A DNA stretch of 39,100 nt from Escherichia phage 6925. The DNA is taken from the sequence record ON637250.1. One strand, written 5' to 3'. This document shows, piece after piece, positions 23,575 to 33,301 of this stretch. The notes under the pieces were generated by a model. The model made no database searches and was not told the DNA's origin. It worked only from the letters and a program-made list of their open reading frames with translations. Numbering within the stretch: the stretch's first letter is position 1; the number at the start of each line of letters is the position of its first letter. Both the position numbers and the translations under genes were made by a program.

Positions 23575-25932
23575 ATGCCGCTTATCACACAAAGCATAAA
23601 AAATCTTAAGGGTGGCATTAGCCAACAGCCTGATATCCTGAGGTTCTCAGACCAAGGAGAGGCGCAAGTTAACTGCTGGTCATCCGAAAGTGATGGACTC
23701 CAGAAGCGTCCACCTACAGTCTTCAAGCGACGTCTTAACATCGACGTTGGGAGCAACCCTAAGTTCCACCTGATTAACCGTGACGAGCATGAGCAGTATT
23801 ACATCGTGTTCAATGGGTCCAACATTCAGGTAGTTGACTTGAGTGGTAATCAATACTCAGTTTCCGGTGCGGTAGATTACGTTAAGTCGTCCAACCCGCG
23901 AGATGACATACGTGTCGTTACCGTTGCAGACTATACGTTCATCGTGAACCGTAAGGTTGTCGTTAAAGGTGGAAGCGAGAAGTCACACTCTGGTTATAAT
24001 CGTAAAGCTCGTGCTTTAATTAACCTGCGTGGTGGACAGTATGGTCGCACCCTTAAGGTAGGAATCAACGGAGGAGTTAAGGTTTCGCATAAGTTGCCAG
24101 CAGGTAATGATGCCGAGAATGACCCTCCTAAGGTTGATGCTCAGGCTATCGGTGCAGCTCTAAGAGACCTTCTTGTTGCTGCTTACCCTACCTTCACGTT
24201 CGACCTTGGGTCTGGCTTCCTGTTAATCACTGCCCCTTCAGGTACTGACATTAACTCAGTGGAGACGGAGGATGGATACGCTAACCAGCTAATCAGCCCA
24301 GTCCTCGACACGGTGCAAACAATCTCTAAGTTGCCTCTTGCAGCTCCAAATGGGTACATCATTAAGATTCAAGGTGAGACCAACAGTAGCGCCGATGAAT
24401 ATTACGTGATGTATGACTCCAACACTAAGACGTGGAAGGAGACAGTAGAGCCGGGAGTTGTCACTGGGTTCGATGTAACCACAATGCCACATGCTCTGGT
24501 CAGAAAGTCTGATGGCTCCTTTGAGTTCAAGACTCTGGACTGGTCTAAGCGCGGTGCGGGTAATGATGACACAAACCCTATGCCCAGCTTCGTGGATGCT
24601 ACGATTAACGATGTGTTCTTCTACAGGAACAGGCTGGGGTTCTTGTCGGGCGAGAACGTAATTATGAGCCGTTCAGCCAGCTACTTTGCGTTCTTCCCTA
24701 AGAGTGTGGCGACATTGAGTGATGATGATCCTATTGACGTAGCTGTAAGTCACCCTCGAATCTCAATCCTTAAGTATGCCGTTCCGTTTAGCGAGCAGCT
24801 ACTACTTTGGTCGGATGAGGTTCAGTTCGTGATGACAAGCTCTGGGGTACTTACCTCGAAGTCTATCCAGCTTGATGTAGGCTCAGAGTTTGCCTTAGGA
24901 GATAATGCCAGACCGTTCGCTGTAGGACGCTCAGTCTTCTTCTCAGCACCTCGTGGGTCATTCACCAGCATTAAGCGATACTTCGCTGTAGCAGATGTGT
25001 CTGACGTGAAGGATGCCGATGATACCACTGGTCACGTACTGTCCTATATCCCTAACGGGGTGTTTGACATTCAGGGGACAGGGACTGAGAACTACATCTG
25101 CGTCAACTCTACAGGTGCATACAACAGAATCTACATCTACAAGTTCTTGTTTAAGGACGGCGTACAGCTTCAAGCCTCTTGGTCGCACTGGGAGTTCCCT
25201 AAAGCTGATAAGATTCTGGCGTCTGCGTCGATTGGCTCTACCATGTTCATTGTTCGTCAGCACCAAGGCGGAGTGGACCTTGAGCACCTTAAGTTCATCA
25301 AGGAGGCCACTGACTTTCCGTTAGAACCATATAGACTCCACGTTGACTCCAAGGTGTCTATGGTAATACCAATTGGCTCATACAACGCTGACACCTATAA
25401 GACTACGGTTGACATTGGTTCTGCTTATGGTGGAAACGCTCCGTCTCCCGGTAGGTACTATCTGATTGACAGTCAGGGTGCCTACGTGGACCTTGGTGAA
25501 TTGACCGACATCTCAACTGTGGCTGTACTCAATGGTGATTGGTCAGGACGTACAGTGTTCATCGGACGGTCTTATCTGATGTCCTACAAGTTCTCACGGT
25601 TCCTGATTAAGATTGAAGACGAGAGTGGCACTCAGTCTGAAGACACTGGTCGTCTACAGCTTCGTCGTGCTTGGGTAAACTACAAGGACACTGGCGCTCT
25701 TAGACTCATTGTCAGAAACGGTGAGCGGGAGTTCGTGAACACCTTTAATGGGTACACCCTTGGTCAGCAAACCATCGGGACTACCAACATTGGGGATGGA
25801 CAGTATCGCTTCGCTATGAATGGTAACGCATTAACCACGAGTCTAACCTTAGAGTCCGACTATCCTACCCCGGTGTCCATCGTTGGGTGTGGCTGGGAGG
25901 CGTCATACGCTAAGAAAGCTCGTTCCGTCTAA
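23575..25932 (+). CDS. 12: Tail tubular protein B
   Basis: 785 aa, collinear with T7 gp12 (SIKNLKGGISQQPDILR, HLINRDEHEQYY, VTVADYTFIVNR, NDVFFYRNRLGFLSGEN, DDDPIDVAVS, GRLQLRRAWVNY, GCGWE). Confidence 0.96.
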   Translation: MPLITQSIKNLKGGISQQPDILRFSDQGEAQVNCWSSESDGLQKRPPTVFKRRLNIDVGSNPKFHLINRDEHEQYYIVFNGSNIQVVDLSGNQYSVSGAVDYVKSSNPRDDIRVVTVADYTFIVNRKVVVKGGSEKSHSGYNRKARALINLRGGQYGRTLKVGINGGVKVSHKLPAGNDAENDPPKVDAQAIGAALRDLLVAAYPTFTFDLGSGFLLITAPSGTDINSVETEDGYANQLISPVLDTVQTISKLPLAAPNGYIIKIQGETNSSADEYYVMYDSNTKTWKETVEPGVVTGFDVTTMPHALVRKSDGSFEFKTLDWSKRGAGNDDTNPMPSFVDATINDVFFYRNRLGFLSGENVIMSRSASYFAFFPKSVATLSDDDPIDVAVSHPRISILKYAVPFSEQLLLWSDEVQFVMTSSGVLTSKSIQLDVGSEFALGDNARPFAVGRSVFFSAPRGSFTSIKRYFAVADVSDVKDADDTTGHVLSYIPNGVFDIQGTGTENYICVNSTGAYNRIYIYKFLFKDGVQLQASWSHWEFPKADKILASASIGSTMFIVRQHQGGVDLEHLKFIKEATDFPLEPYRLHVDSKVSMVIPIGSYNADTYKTTVDIGSAYGGNAPSPGRYYLIDSQGAYVDLGELTDISTVAVLNGDWSGRTVFIGRSYLMSYKFSRFLIKIEDESGTQSEDTGRLQLRRAWVNYKDTGALRLIVRNGEREFVNTFNGYTLGQQTIGTTNIGDGQYRFAMNGNALTTSLTLESDYPTPVSIVGCGWEASYAKKARSV

Positions 25933-25939
25933 CTTATTG

Positions 25940-25989
25940 AAGGGCCTATAGATTTACCTTAACTATCACTATAGGGACTATAGGCCCTT
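25940..25989 (+). promoter_or_regulatory. Phage RNAP promoter (phi13-like, -17..+6 at 25957-25979) nested inside a perfect 12-bp inverted repeat
   Basis: CCTTAACTATCACTATA|GGGACT with +1 at 25974. Arms AAGGGCCTATAG (25940-25951) and CTATAGGCCCTT (25978-25989). Confidence 0.7.
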
Positions 25990-26008
25990 AAGGTTATAAG
26001 GAGACTTT

Positions 26009-26479
26009 ATGTATATTCGCAAGGCTACGGAACAGGATGTCCACTACTTTCTGTGGCATCTTTCAGCAGATGATGTTAATGAGTGCAAAGCAAACTATGG
26101 GTCAACCGTTGGTCTCTCTGAAAGACTGCTTAAGCATCTATCTCCGTCATCTGTGGTTTTAACGAATGGTGTAGGCGAAGTGTTTGCCTATGGTGGAAAC
26201 CAAGGGGATAACGTATGGTTCTTGACTTCCGGTCTTGTCCATAAGCTGAGACCTAAAGAGAAGCGGGAGTTTATAAAGCGTATCTCTGAGTACAGGGACT
26301 TAATGTTAGACCAATACGGGACCATCTGGAACTACGTGTGGTCAGGCAATAAGTCTCACATTAAATTCTTGAAGTTGCTTGGGGCTAAATTCCATGATGA
26401 TTGGACTATAAGCCCAGTAACTGGTGATCGTTTTCAACTATTCACTATCTCTAAGGAGGACGTATGTGCGAGCCAGTAA
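26009..26479 (+). CDS. Gene 13-position protein (internal virion/assembly protein A), 156 aa
   Basis: Assigned by position after the phi13-like promoter and before gp14; RBS TAAGGAGA. Confidence 0.6.
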   Translation: MYIRKATEQDVHYFLWHLSADDVNECKANYGSTVGLSERLLKHLSPSSVVLTNGVGEVFAYGGNQGDNVWFLTSGLVHKLRPKEKREFIKRISEYRDLMLDQYGTIWNYVWSGNKSHIKFLKLLGAKFHDDWTISPVTGDRFQLFTISKEDVCASQ

Positions 26480-27051
26480 GTATCGGCATGGGTATCATGG
26501 CTGTAGCCGGGGCCACTATGTCCGCATCTCAACAGGCCAAAGCTGAGGGTGCTGCTATCGACGCTCAGAACCGTCAGGCTCAGGAGATGGTTAAGCAGAT
26601 GAACTACTCTGACGCCAACCTGAGGATGCAGGAGAGGGACCTGAAGGAGCAGCAGATGGCTGAACTGACAGAGACCACGTTAAACGGTATCCGCAATAAG
26701 GGTATGGTCAGAGCTGCGGTAGCTGAGTCCGGTCTGGAAGGTAACTCTATGGACAGGATTGAACGTCAGGTCGAGGGAGACACAGTCAAGGAGAGAGCAG
26801 GGATTACCGAAAGCTACAACCGTGACTATGCGGCTATCTTCGGGAACCGTATCGCCAACATTGAGAACACCAAGTCTGCTATCCGTGGTCAGGGTAAAAT
26901 CATCAAGACCAGCCCACTGGCTCATGCACTTAATGTTGCTACCGCCGGGATGCAAGGTTACGCCGCTGGTAAGTCAATCTCTGGAGCGTCCAGCTCTGGC
27001 GGTGCTGCACCAATTAGTGCTGCTAAAGGTACACCTACAGGTCATAGCTAA
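26464..27051 (+). CDS. 14: Internal virion protein B
   Basis: 195 aa; the MC... N-terminus, LEGNSMDRIERQVEG, YNRDYAAIFG and C-terminal AAKGT.TG match T7 gp14 as recalled. Confidence 0.85.
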   Translation: MCEPVSIGMGIMAVAGATMSASQQAKAEGAAIDAQNRQAQEMVKQMNYSDANLRMQERDLKEQQMAELTETTLNGIRNKGMVRAAVAESGLEGNSMDRIERQVEGDTVKERAGITESYNRDYAAIFGNRIANIENTKSAIRGQGKIIKTSPLAHALNVATAGMQGYAAGKSISGASSSGGAAPISAAKGTPTGHS

Positions 27052-27062
27052 GAGGAGGACTA

Positions 27063-29345
27063 ATGGCTAGTAATATTGAATCAGCTCTGGCTAATCGGAC
27101 TATGGGTCGTGGCAGAGCGCCTGGTAAAACTATCGCCGTCAACTATCAAGCAGCCAGCGTTCAGGCTCCAACTGGCGACTCCGGTCTGGCTCGTGCGTTA
27201 ACCAACTTCGTTGAGTCTGGGACAGGATTGTACAAGCAGTTCAAGGACGATGAGAAGACCAGAGCTGACGAGCGGTCTAACGAGATTATCCGTAAGCTGA
27301 CACCCCAGCAAAGACGTGAGGCTATCCAGAACGGCACATTGCTGTATCAGGATGACCCTTACGCTATGGAAGCACTTCGAGTCAAGACTGGTCGTAATGC
27401 TGCCTTTGCTGTAGACGACGAGATTAACGTTAAGATTCAGAACGGTGAGTTCCGTACACGTCAGGACATGGAAGAGTATCGTCACCAGCGACTTCAGGAC
27501 GCCGCTAAGTCCTATGCTGAAGAGGCGGGTATTAACCCTACAGACGAGTTCTTCCAGCGTGGGTTCAACGATAACATCACAGACCGCAACATCGCTATCT
27601 ATGGGTCTTTCAATAAGTATTTCAGCAAGCAGTCTGAAGAGACAGCAATGTTGAACACCCGTATTGAGATGAACTCATTCCTGAACGATGGTGACCTGAT
27701 GCGTTCACCTGAGTCTGGCAAGACCTTCATGGCCTACCTTCGGGATGGACTAACGACTGCTGCTATCCCCTCGGACCAGCGAGCGCGGGAGGTCATTGCC
27801 CAGACGGTCCGTGACGCAATCCAGAAGTCAGGCGGCTCAAACTTCCTACAGCAAGTACGAGGCGAGCGAATCACCCTTAACGGCGTGGATGCTACAGTCG
27901 AAGAGATTGTAGGACCTGATGTCTTCAACGCTGCTATTGTTGAGGCACAAGGAACTGAGTACAAGCTGGTGGCTAAGTATCAGGAAGACTTAGCGTTAGG
28001 CGTGCAGTCTGCGATTCTTCAGGACGACCCAACCATCGGTCTGGCCCAGATTCAAAAACTCAAGGAGCAGAACAACCTGCTTCAACCGGGTGAAGAACTC
28101 ACACCTCAGCGTCAGATGCTTATTAATGCCGAAGCCAGCTTACTGGAAGCGGTAAAGCGTAAGTCTGCTGAACAGGCGAAGGAGAACACGAAGTTAATCC
28201 AGACCCAGAACAAGCAACTGGTCATTGACCAAGTGTATCAGCGACGTCTGGCTGGAGACAACGTGTCCACCAACTATGAGGACCTTCCGGTCTCTGAAGC
28301 CACAGGAGAGTTCAAGCGTTCAGACATGAACAACTATGCGTCTTCTAAGCTACAGCAGATTGACCAGATGGACATCCCTGAGGCTGCTAAGGACGCACAG
28401 AAGGTTGCATTATTAAGAGCTGACACTAACAACGGTCCGTTCCGTAATGCCTTTCAAACGCTTACTCAGGACGCTGCTGGTGAGTGGCAAGCTGCGGTCA
28501 TCCGTGGGCAGTACGACCCAGACAAGATGCAACGCTTCGAATCTCTTCGTCGTGCCTACACTCAGGACCCTTCAAGTTTCGCTGCTCTGTATCCTGACCA
28601 AGCTCAGTTGTTCTCTACGTTCGACCAGATGGACAAGATGGGTCTGGACCCTCAGACGATGATTGAAGCTGATAAGCAAGCTGCAAGTCAAAGCCGTGAG
28701 ATGCGCATGGAGTCAGACAAGGCGTGGCAGGAGTTGAAGAACGACTCTCGGAATAAGGACCTTTCGCGTCTTCCTACGTCTCTAGACTCAAGTGCTCGTA
28801 AGGTCTGGGACTCATGGTACTATCGTACAGGTAACGCTGACGCTGCAACGCAGCAGACTCAACGCTGGCTGAATGAGAACACCGTAACGTTCCAGTCTGA
28901 AGGTTCTGACGGTAAGTCCATCGGCATGGTGTCCAAACACCAGCTTATGGTCGGGGATAACCCAGAGTCGTGGCAGGTGGGTAGAGACATTATCGACACA
29001 GCTCGTAAGCAGCTCATTAAGGCTAACCCTTGGGTAGTGAACTCTCAGTTGTCCGTTGTTGAACAGAATGGCTCTATCTTCCTCCAAGACGCTACAGGGA
29101 CTATTCGTATTCGCTACGATAAAGAACTTGTAGGTAAACTCTACCGCGAACAACAGCAGAAGGCACAAGATTCCGCATACGCTCAGGCAGAACGTGACGC
29201 TAACAAGCGAGCGCGTATCGTCGGGACTAAAACTGCTGGTGACAAACGTCGAGCTGACCGAGAGGCCAACATCGAGAAGCGCGGTGGGATGTATAATGAC
29301 GTCTCACTGGAGGGTATCGCAAACGTACTAATTGGTAAGGAGTAA
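27063..29345 (+). CDS. 15: Internal virion protein C
   Basis: 760 aa, largely helical, in the gp15 position and size class (T7 gp15 is about 747 aa). RBS AGAGGAGGA. Confidence 0.8.
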   Translation: MASNIESALANRTMGRGRAPGKTIAVNYQAASVQAPTGDSGLARALTNFVESGTGLYKQFKDDEKTRADERSNEIIRKLTPQQRREAIQNGTLLYQDDPYAMEALRVKTGRNAAFAVDDEINVKIQNGEFRTRQDMEEYRHQRLQDAAKSYAEEAGINPTDEFFQRGFNDNITDRNIAIYGSFNKYFSKQSEETAMLNTRIEMNSFLNDGDLMRSPESGKTFMAYLRDGLTTAAIPSDQRAREVIAQTVRDAIQKSGGSNFLQQVRGERITLNGVDATVEEIVGPDVFNAAIVEAQGTEYKLVAKYQEDLALGVQSAILQDDPTIGLAQIQKLKEQNNLLQPGEELTPQRQMLINAEASLLEAVKRKSAEQAKENTKLIQTQNKQLVIDQVYQRRLAGDNVSTNYEDLPVSEATGEFKRSDMNNYASSKLQQIDQMDIPEAAKDAQKVALLRADTNNGPFRNAFQTLTQDAAGEWQAAVIRGQYDPDKMQRFESLRRAYTQDPSSFAALYPDQAQLFSTFDQMDKMGLDPQTMIEADKQAASQSREMRMESDKAWQELKNDSRNKDLSRLPTSLDSSARKVWDSWYYRTGNADAATQQTQRWLNENTVTFQSEGSDGKSIGMVSKHQLMVGDNPESWQVGRDIIDTARKQLIKANPWVVNSQLSVVEQNGSIFLQDATGTIRIRYDKELVGKLYREQQQKAQDSAYAQAERDANKRARIVGTKTAGDKRRADREANIEKRGGMYNDVSLEGIANVLIGKE

Positions 29346-29349
29346 CATA

Positions 29350-32300
29350 ATGGCGACTCGTGGTATTCGCAATAACAATCCGGGTAACATCCGGGTAAGT
29401 AAGGACCAATGGGAAGGAATGACTGGAGATGATGGCGCATTCGTCATCTTTGATAGTCCAGAGTCTGGCGTCCGAGCTTTAGGTAAAAACCTGCTGTCCT
29501 ACGGTCGCCAAGGTTATGACTCCATCGAGAAGATTATCAACCGATGGGCACCTCCTAACGAGAACGACACTAAGGCTTATATTGACTCAGTGGTGGCTGC
29601 AACTGGTATTCCAGCTACCCAGAGTCTCGACCTATCGGACCCTGACACCCTGTCTTCTCTGGCTCAAGCTATCAGCTTCCATGAGACAGGCTCCCGGTAC
29701 GACCCTGAAGTCTATAAACAGGGAGTCGCACGAGCACTCAATGGCATTAGCCCAAAGACTCCACCAGTAAGCGCTAACGTATTTGACGCACTCACGGAAG
29801 GACTCAAGGCTAAACCTAAAGTAGCTCTGGGCGAGAACCTTCCGACCGCTGCTGGTCTAAACATTGAGGGTCAAGCACCTGAAGCTCCCAACGAATCGTT
29901 CGGTGAGATGTTCTATAAGTCTACTGGCGAGACCATGCAGGAACGAGAGGATCGCTCTACGTGGTTCGGTTTCGGTGCTGCTACAGAAGCTGAAGTGAAG
30001 AACTCTATGGTCGGCGTGGCTATCCGCGCTGGGCAGACAGAGGACTCACTTGATGTCATTGGCGATGTGTTCAACCCGACCCGCTGGAACAACCATAAGT
30101 GGACTCGTGAAGAGCTTGACCAGATTCGTAACGCTGGGGTTCTGCCTCAGTATTACGGAGTCATTACTGGTGGCTCCCCTCAGAACCTGACCGAGCTTAT
30201 TAACTTGGCGCTTGAGAACCAGAAGTTGGACCAAGAGAAGGCCAAGGCTGGGACTGGTGCTCAACTGGCGGCTGGTGTGATTGGTGTTGGCGTGGACCCT
30301 CTGACCTACGTTCCTATTGCTGGGCAGGTAGGTAAAGGTGGGAAGCTAGTCAACAAGATGTTCACTGTGGCTGCTCAGTCTGGTGCTCTGGCTGGGGCAT
30401 CCGAGATTGCTCGAACCTCAGTTGCTGGTGGGGACGCTCATGTGGCTGAGGCAATTATGGGCGGTGCTCTCTTCGGTGGGGGAATGACAGCTATCGGGGA
30501 CGCTATCGGCAAGGCCTTAGGCAAGTCAACCAACGAGTTCGCCGGACCAGCCACACGTCTGGAAGCCCGTGAGACTGCACGTAATGTTGATGGTCAGGAC
30601 CTGTCGCGTATGCCAATCCGTGAAGGAGAGGAGACCTTTAGTCATCAAGGTGTTAAGTTCGCAGACGTTCCGAACGAGCCGGGTAGTGTACGACTGGAAG
30701 ATGGTTCAATCCTGATTGGTGAGAATCCTCTGAACCCTAAGACACGTCAAGTCTTTGACGAAGTGATTGAGTCGGAACGTGCCGCTGCTGGTGTGAACCT
30801 TGGTGGACTTACCGAGATTGGCCTGAAGCTGCTTCGGTCTGAGAACCCTGAGATTCGTGGAGTAGCTGCTGACTTAGTGCGTTCACCGACTGGTATGCAG
30901 TCTGGGGCCTCAGGTAAAATCGGGACCACTGCGTCAGACGTATTCGAGAGACTTCGTGCTGTGGACCATCGGTTCTACAACGACATCGACGAAGCGGTTA
31001 CTGAGGCGCTCAAGGACCCATACTTCCAGACAGCATTCTGGCGAGACTCTGGCGCATTCCGTCAGGACATCTACCAGCGTGTGTCTATGGCTATTGAAGA
31101 CGGAAGTGGGAACCTGAAGGCTGAACTGACTCCGGGAGAACTGAAAGTCTATGACCTGCTGAAGAACCAGTTTGACGCCAAGCGTGAGATGATGGAGAAC
31201 CCGGCGATGTTTGGTCGTCCAGACGCTCAGTCTATCTTTCCGGGCAGCCGCTTCAAGGGAACCTACGTCCCGCATGTGTATAGCAACCAGATGAAGAAGC
31301 TGTACATCAAGGAGCTTGGGAGCCCAGAGGCGTTGCAGGAGGCCATCAAGAAGTCATGGTTGACCAGCTATGCGTCTCGACCTGAAGTCAAGAAACGCGT
31401 GGACGAGGCACTCTTAGAGGCTGACCCTACGTTGACCCCAGAAGGACTTGCTGCTGCGGTCGATAAGTACGCCAACGATAAGGCTTACGGTATCTCTCAC
31501 ACCGAGCAGTTCGAGCGTTCATCCGTAATGGAAGAGAACATCAATGGTCTGGTGGGTCTGGAGAACAACAGCTTCCTTGAGGCTCGTAACCTGTTCGATA
31601 GCGATATGTCAATCGTCCTACCTAACGGTCAGACCTTCAGTGTCAACAACCTGCGTGAGTGGGACATGGACAGGATTGTCCCGGCCTACAACCGTCGAGT
31701 TAATGGCGATATTGCTATCATGGCTGGTACAGGCAAGACCACGAAGGACATGAAGGACTTGGTTGAGACCCTGATGAACAAGGCTGGGGATGACGGTAAG
31801 TTGAAAGGTGAAGTATCTACCTTACGTGACACTTTGAAGATTCTAACTGGTCGTGCTCGACGTGATGGTGCTGATGATGCAGCCTTCGCTACCGTGATGC
31901 GCACAATGACAGACCTATCGTTCTTCGCTAAGAATGCCTACATGGGTGTTCAGAACTTAACGGAGATTGGGGGTATGCTGGCTCGTGGTAACGTTCGTGC
32001 AATGCTTCATGGAGTCCCAATTTTCCGTGACCTAGCCTTCCGTAACAAGAAGGTTGGGGCCTCAGAGATTAAGGACCTGCACAATGTTATCTTCGGTAAG
32101 GAACTTGATGACTCAATCCGTCCGTCTAAACAGGATGTCATTGACCGTCTGCGATCTTACAGTGACCTCGGTCGTGGTACAGCTACAGCTCTGGGGACTG
32201 CTAAGTATTACACTGGTGAACTTGCAGTACGCTCTCCGTTCACTAAAGTCCTCAACGGTACGACCAACTACCTGTTAGATGCTGGACGTCAGGGCTTCCT

Positions 32301-33237
32301 GTCTGACATCGTGGAGCATAGCCTGACTGGTAGTAAGCGTAAGTTCGATGACCGCTGGCTGAAGACCGCTGGTATCTCTGACGAGCAGTGGAAGGGCATT
32401 AAGTCCCTAATCCGTGAGTCAGTGACTCGTGGTCCAGACGGGAAGTACACCATCAAGGATAAGAAGGCGTTCAGTCAGGACCCAAGGGCTATGGACCTCT
32501 GGCGTATGGGTGACACCATCGCTGATGAGACCCTGCTCCGTCCCCACAAGCTGAGCAACATGGACGCCAAGGCTTATGGTCCGATAGCGAAGACTGTCTT
32601 GCAGTTTAAGAACTTCGTTATCAAGTCTATCAACGGTCGAACCATGCGTACCTTCTACAATGCCACCAAGAACAACCGAGCTATGGACGCTGCGCTGTCA
32701 ACGGTTATGTCTATGGGTCTGGCTGGAATGTACTACATGGCTCAGGCGCACATAAAGGCTTACGCTATGCAGGACGGTCGTGACCAAGAGTATCTGAAGC
32801 AAGCCCTTAACCCAACAATGATTGGCTATGCGGCGCTGTCCCGTAGCTCCCACTTAGGTGGTCCTCTTGGGGTCGCCAACATTCTGGGTGGAATCGCTGG
32901 GTATGAGGACACTAAGATGCTCCGCTCGTCAATCCTTCCGCGCTCACCTACCGAGAAGACGGAGAAGCCAATCGCCTTTGGTGCTGCTTCCAGTGGTCCG
33001 GTAATGAATGTGGTCGGCAACTTCCTTGAGCAGGTCCCGGCTTTCGGCTATGCTGCTAACGTTGGTGCTACGGCTTACAACTTGGCGGGATACCTCAAGG
33101 CTGATACCCGTGTCAACGAGCGAGACTACATGACCGGGATGTATAACACGTTCCGTGAACTTGTACCGAATGACCCGATTACCCAGAAGTTGCTGCTTGG
33201 AACGTTTGAGGAGCAGGGCATCCACATCAAGGACTAA
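29350..33237 (+). CDS. 16: Internal virion protein D (ejectosome core) with an N-terminal domain unlike the T7 gp16 N-terminus
   Basis: ATG at 29350 after TAAGGAG. From about residue 180 (STWFGFGAATEAEVKNSMVGVAIRAG...) to the C-terminus it is collinear with T7 gp16 (ARETARN, LVRSPTGMQSGASGK, GTYVPHVY, ILTGRARR, RAMDLWR, LVPNDP). The first ~130 aa carry GIRNNNPGNIR..W.G instead. Confidence 0.9.
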   Translation: MATRGIRNNNPGNIRVSKDQWEGMTGDDGAFVIFDSPESGVRALGKNLLSYGRQGYDSIEKIINRWAPPNENDTKAYIDSVVAATGIPATQSLDLSDPDTLSSLAQAISFHETGSRYDPEVYKQGVARALNGISPKTPPVSANVFDALTEGLKAKPKVALGENLPTAAGLNIEGQAPEAPNESFGEMFYKSTGETMQEREDRSTWFGFGAATEAEVKNSMVGVAIRAGQTEDSLDVIGDVFNPTRWNNHKWTREELDQIRNAGVLPQYYGVITGGSPQNLTELINLALENQKLDQEKAKAGTGAQLAAGVIGVGVDPLTYVPIAGQVGKGGKLVNKMFTVAAQSGALAGASEIARTSVAGGDAHVAEAIMGGALFGGGMTAIGDAIGKALGKSTNEFAGPATRLEARETARNVDGQDLSRMPIREGEETFSHQGVKFADVPNEPGSVRLEDGSILIGENPLNPKTRQVFDEVIESERAAAGVNLGGLTEIGLKLLRSENPEIRGVAADLVRSPTGMQSGASGKIGTTASDVFERLRAVDHRFYNDIDEAVTEALKDPYFQTAFWRDSGAFRQDIYQRVSMAIEDGSGNLKAELTPGELKVYDLLKNQFDAKREMMENPAMFGRPDAQSIFPGSRFKGTYVPHVYSNQMKKLYIKELGSPEALQEAIKKSWLTSYASRPEVKKRVDEALLEADPTLTPEGLAAAVDKYANDKAYGISHTEQFERSSVMEENINGLVGLENNSFLEARNLFDSDMSIVLPNGQTFSVNNLREWDMDRIVPAYNRRVNGDIAIMAGTGKTTKDMKDLVETLMNKAGDDGKLKGEVSTLRDTLKILTGRARRDGADDAAFATVMRTMTDLSFFAKNAYMGVQNLTEIGGMLARGNVRAMLHGVPIFRDLAFRNKKVGASEIKDLHNVIFGKELDDSIRPSKQDVIDRLRSYSDLGRGTATALGTAKYYTGELAVRSPFTKVLNGTTNYLLDAGRQGFLSDIVEHSLTGSKRKFDDRWLKTAGISDEQWKGIKSLIRESVTRGPDGKYTIKDKKAFSQDPRAMDLWRMGDTIADETLLRPHKLSNMDAKAYGPIAKTVLQFKNFVIKSINGRTMRTFYNATKNNRAMDAALSTVMSMGLAGMYYMAQAHIKAYAMQDGRDQEYLKQALNPTMIGYAALSRSSHLGGPLGVANILGGIAGYEDTKMLRSSILPRSPTEKTEKPIAFGAASSGPVMNVVGNFLEQVPAFGYAANVGATAYNLAGYLKADTRVNERDYMTGMYNTFRELVPNDPITQKLLLGTFEEQGIHIKD

Positions 33238-33255
33238 ACTATCACTATAGGAAAC
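33233..33255 (+). promoter_or_regulatory. Phage RNAP promoter (phi17-like), overlapping the gp16 stop
   Basis: ACTAAACTATCACTATA|GGAAAC; +1 at 33250. Confidence 0.75.
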
Positions 33256-33301
33256 TGGAGGCGCTACCATAGGTCTCCGTTTAAATCACAAAGGAGGCAT
33301 A

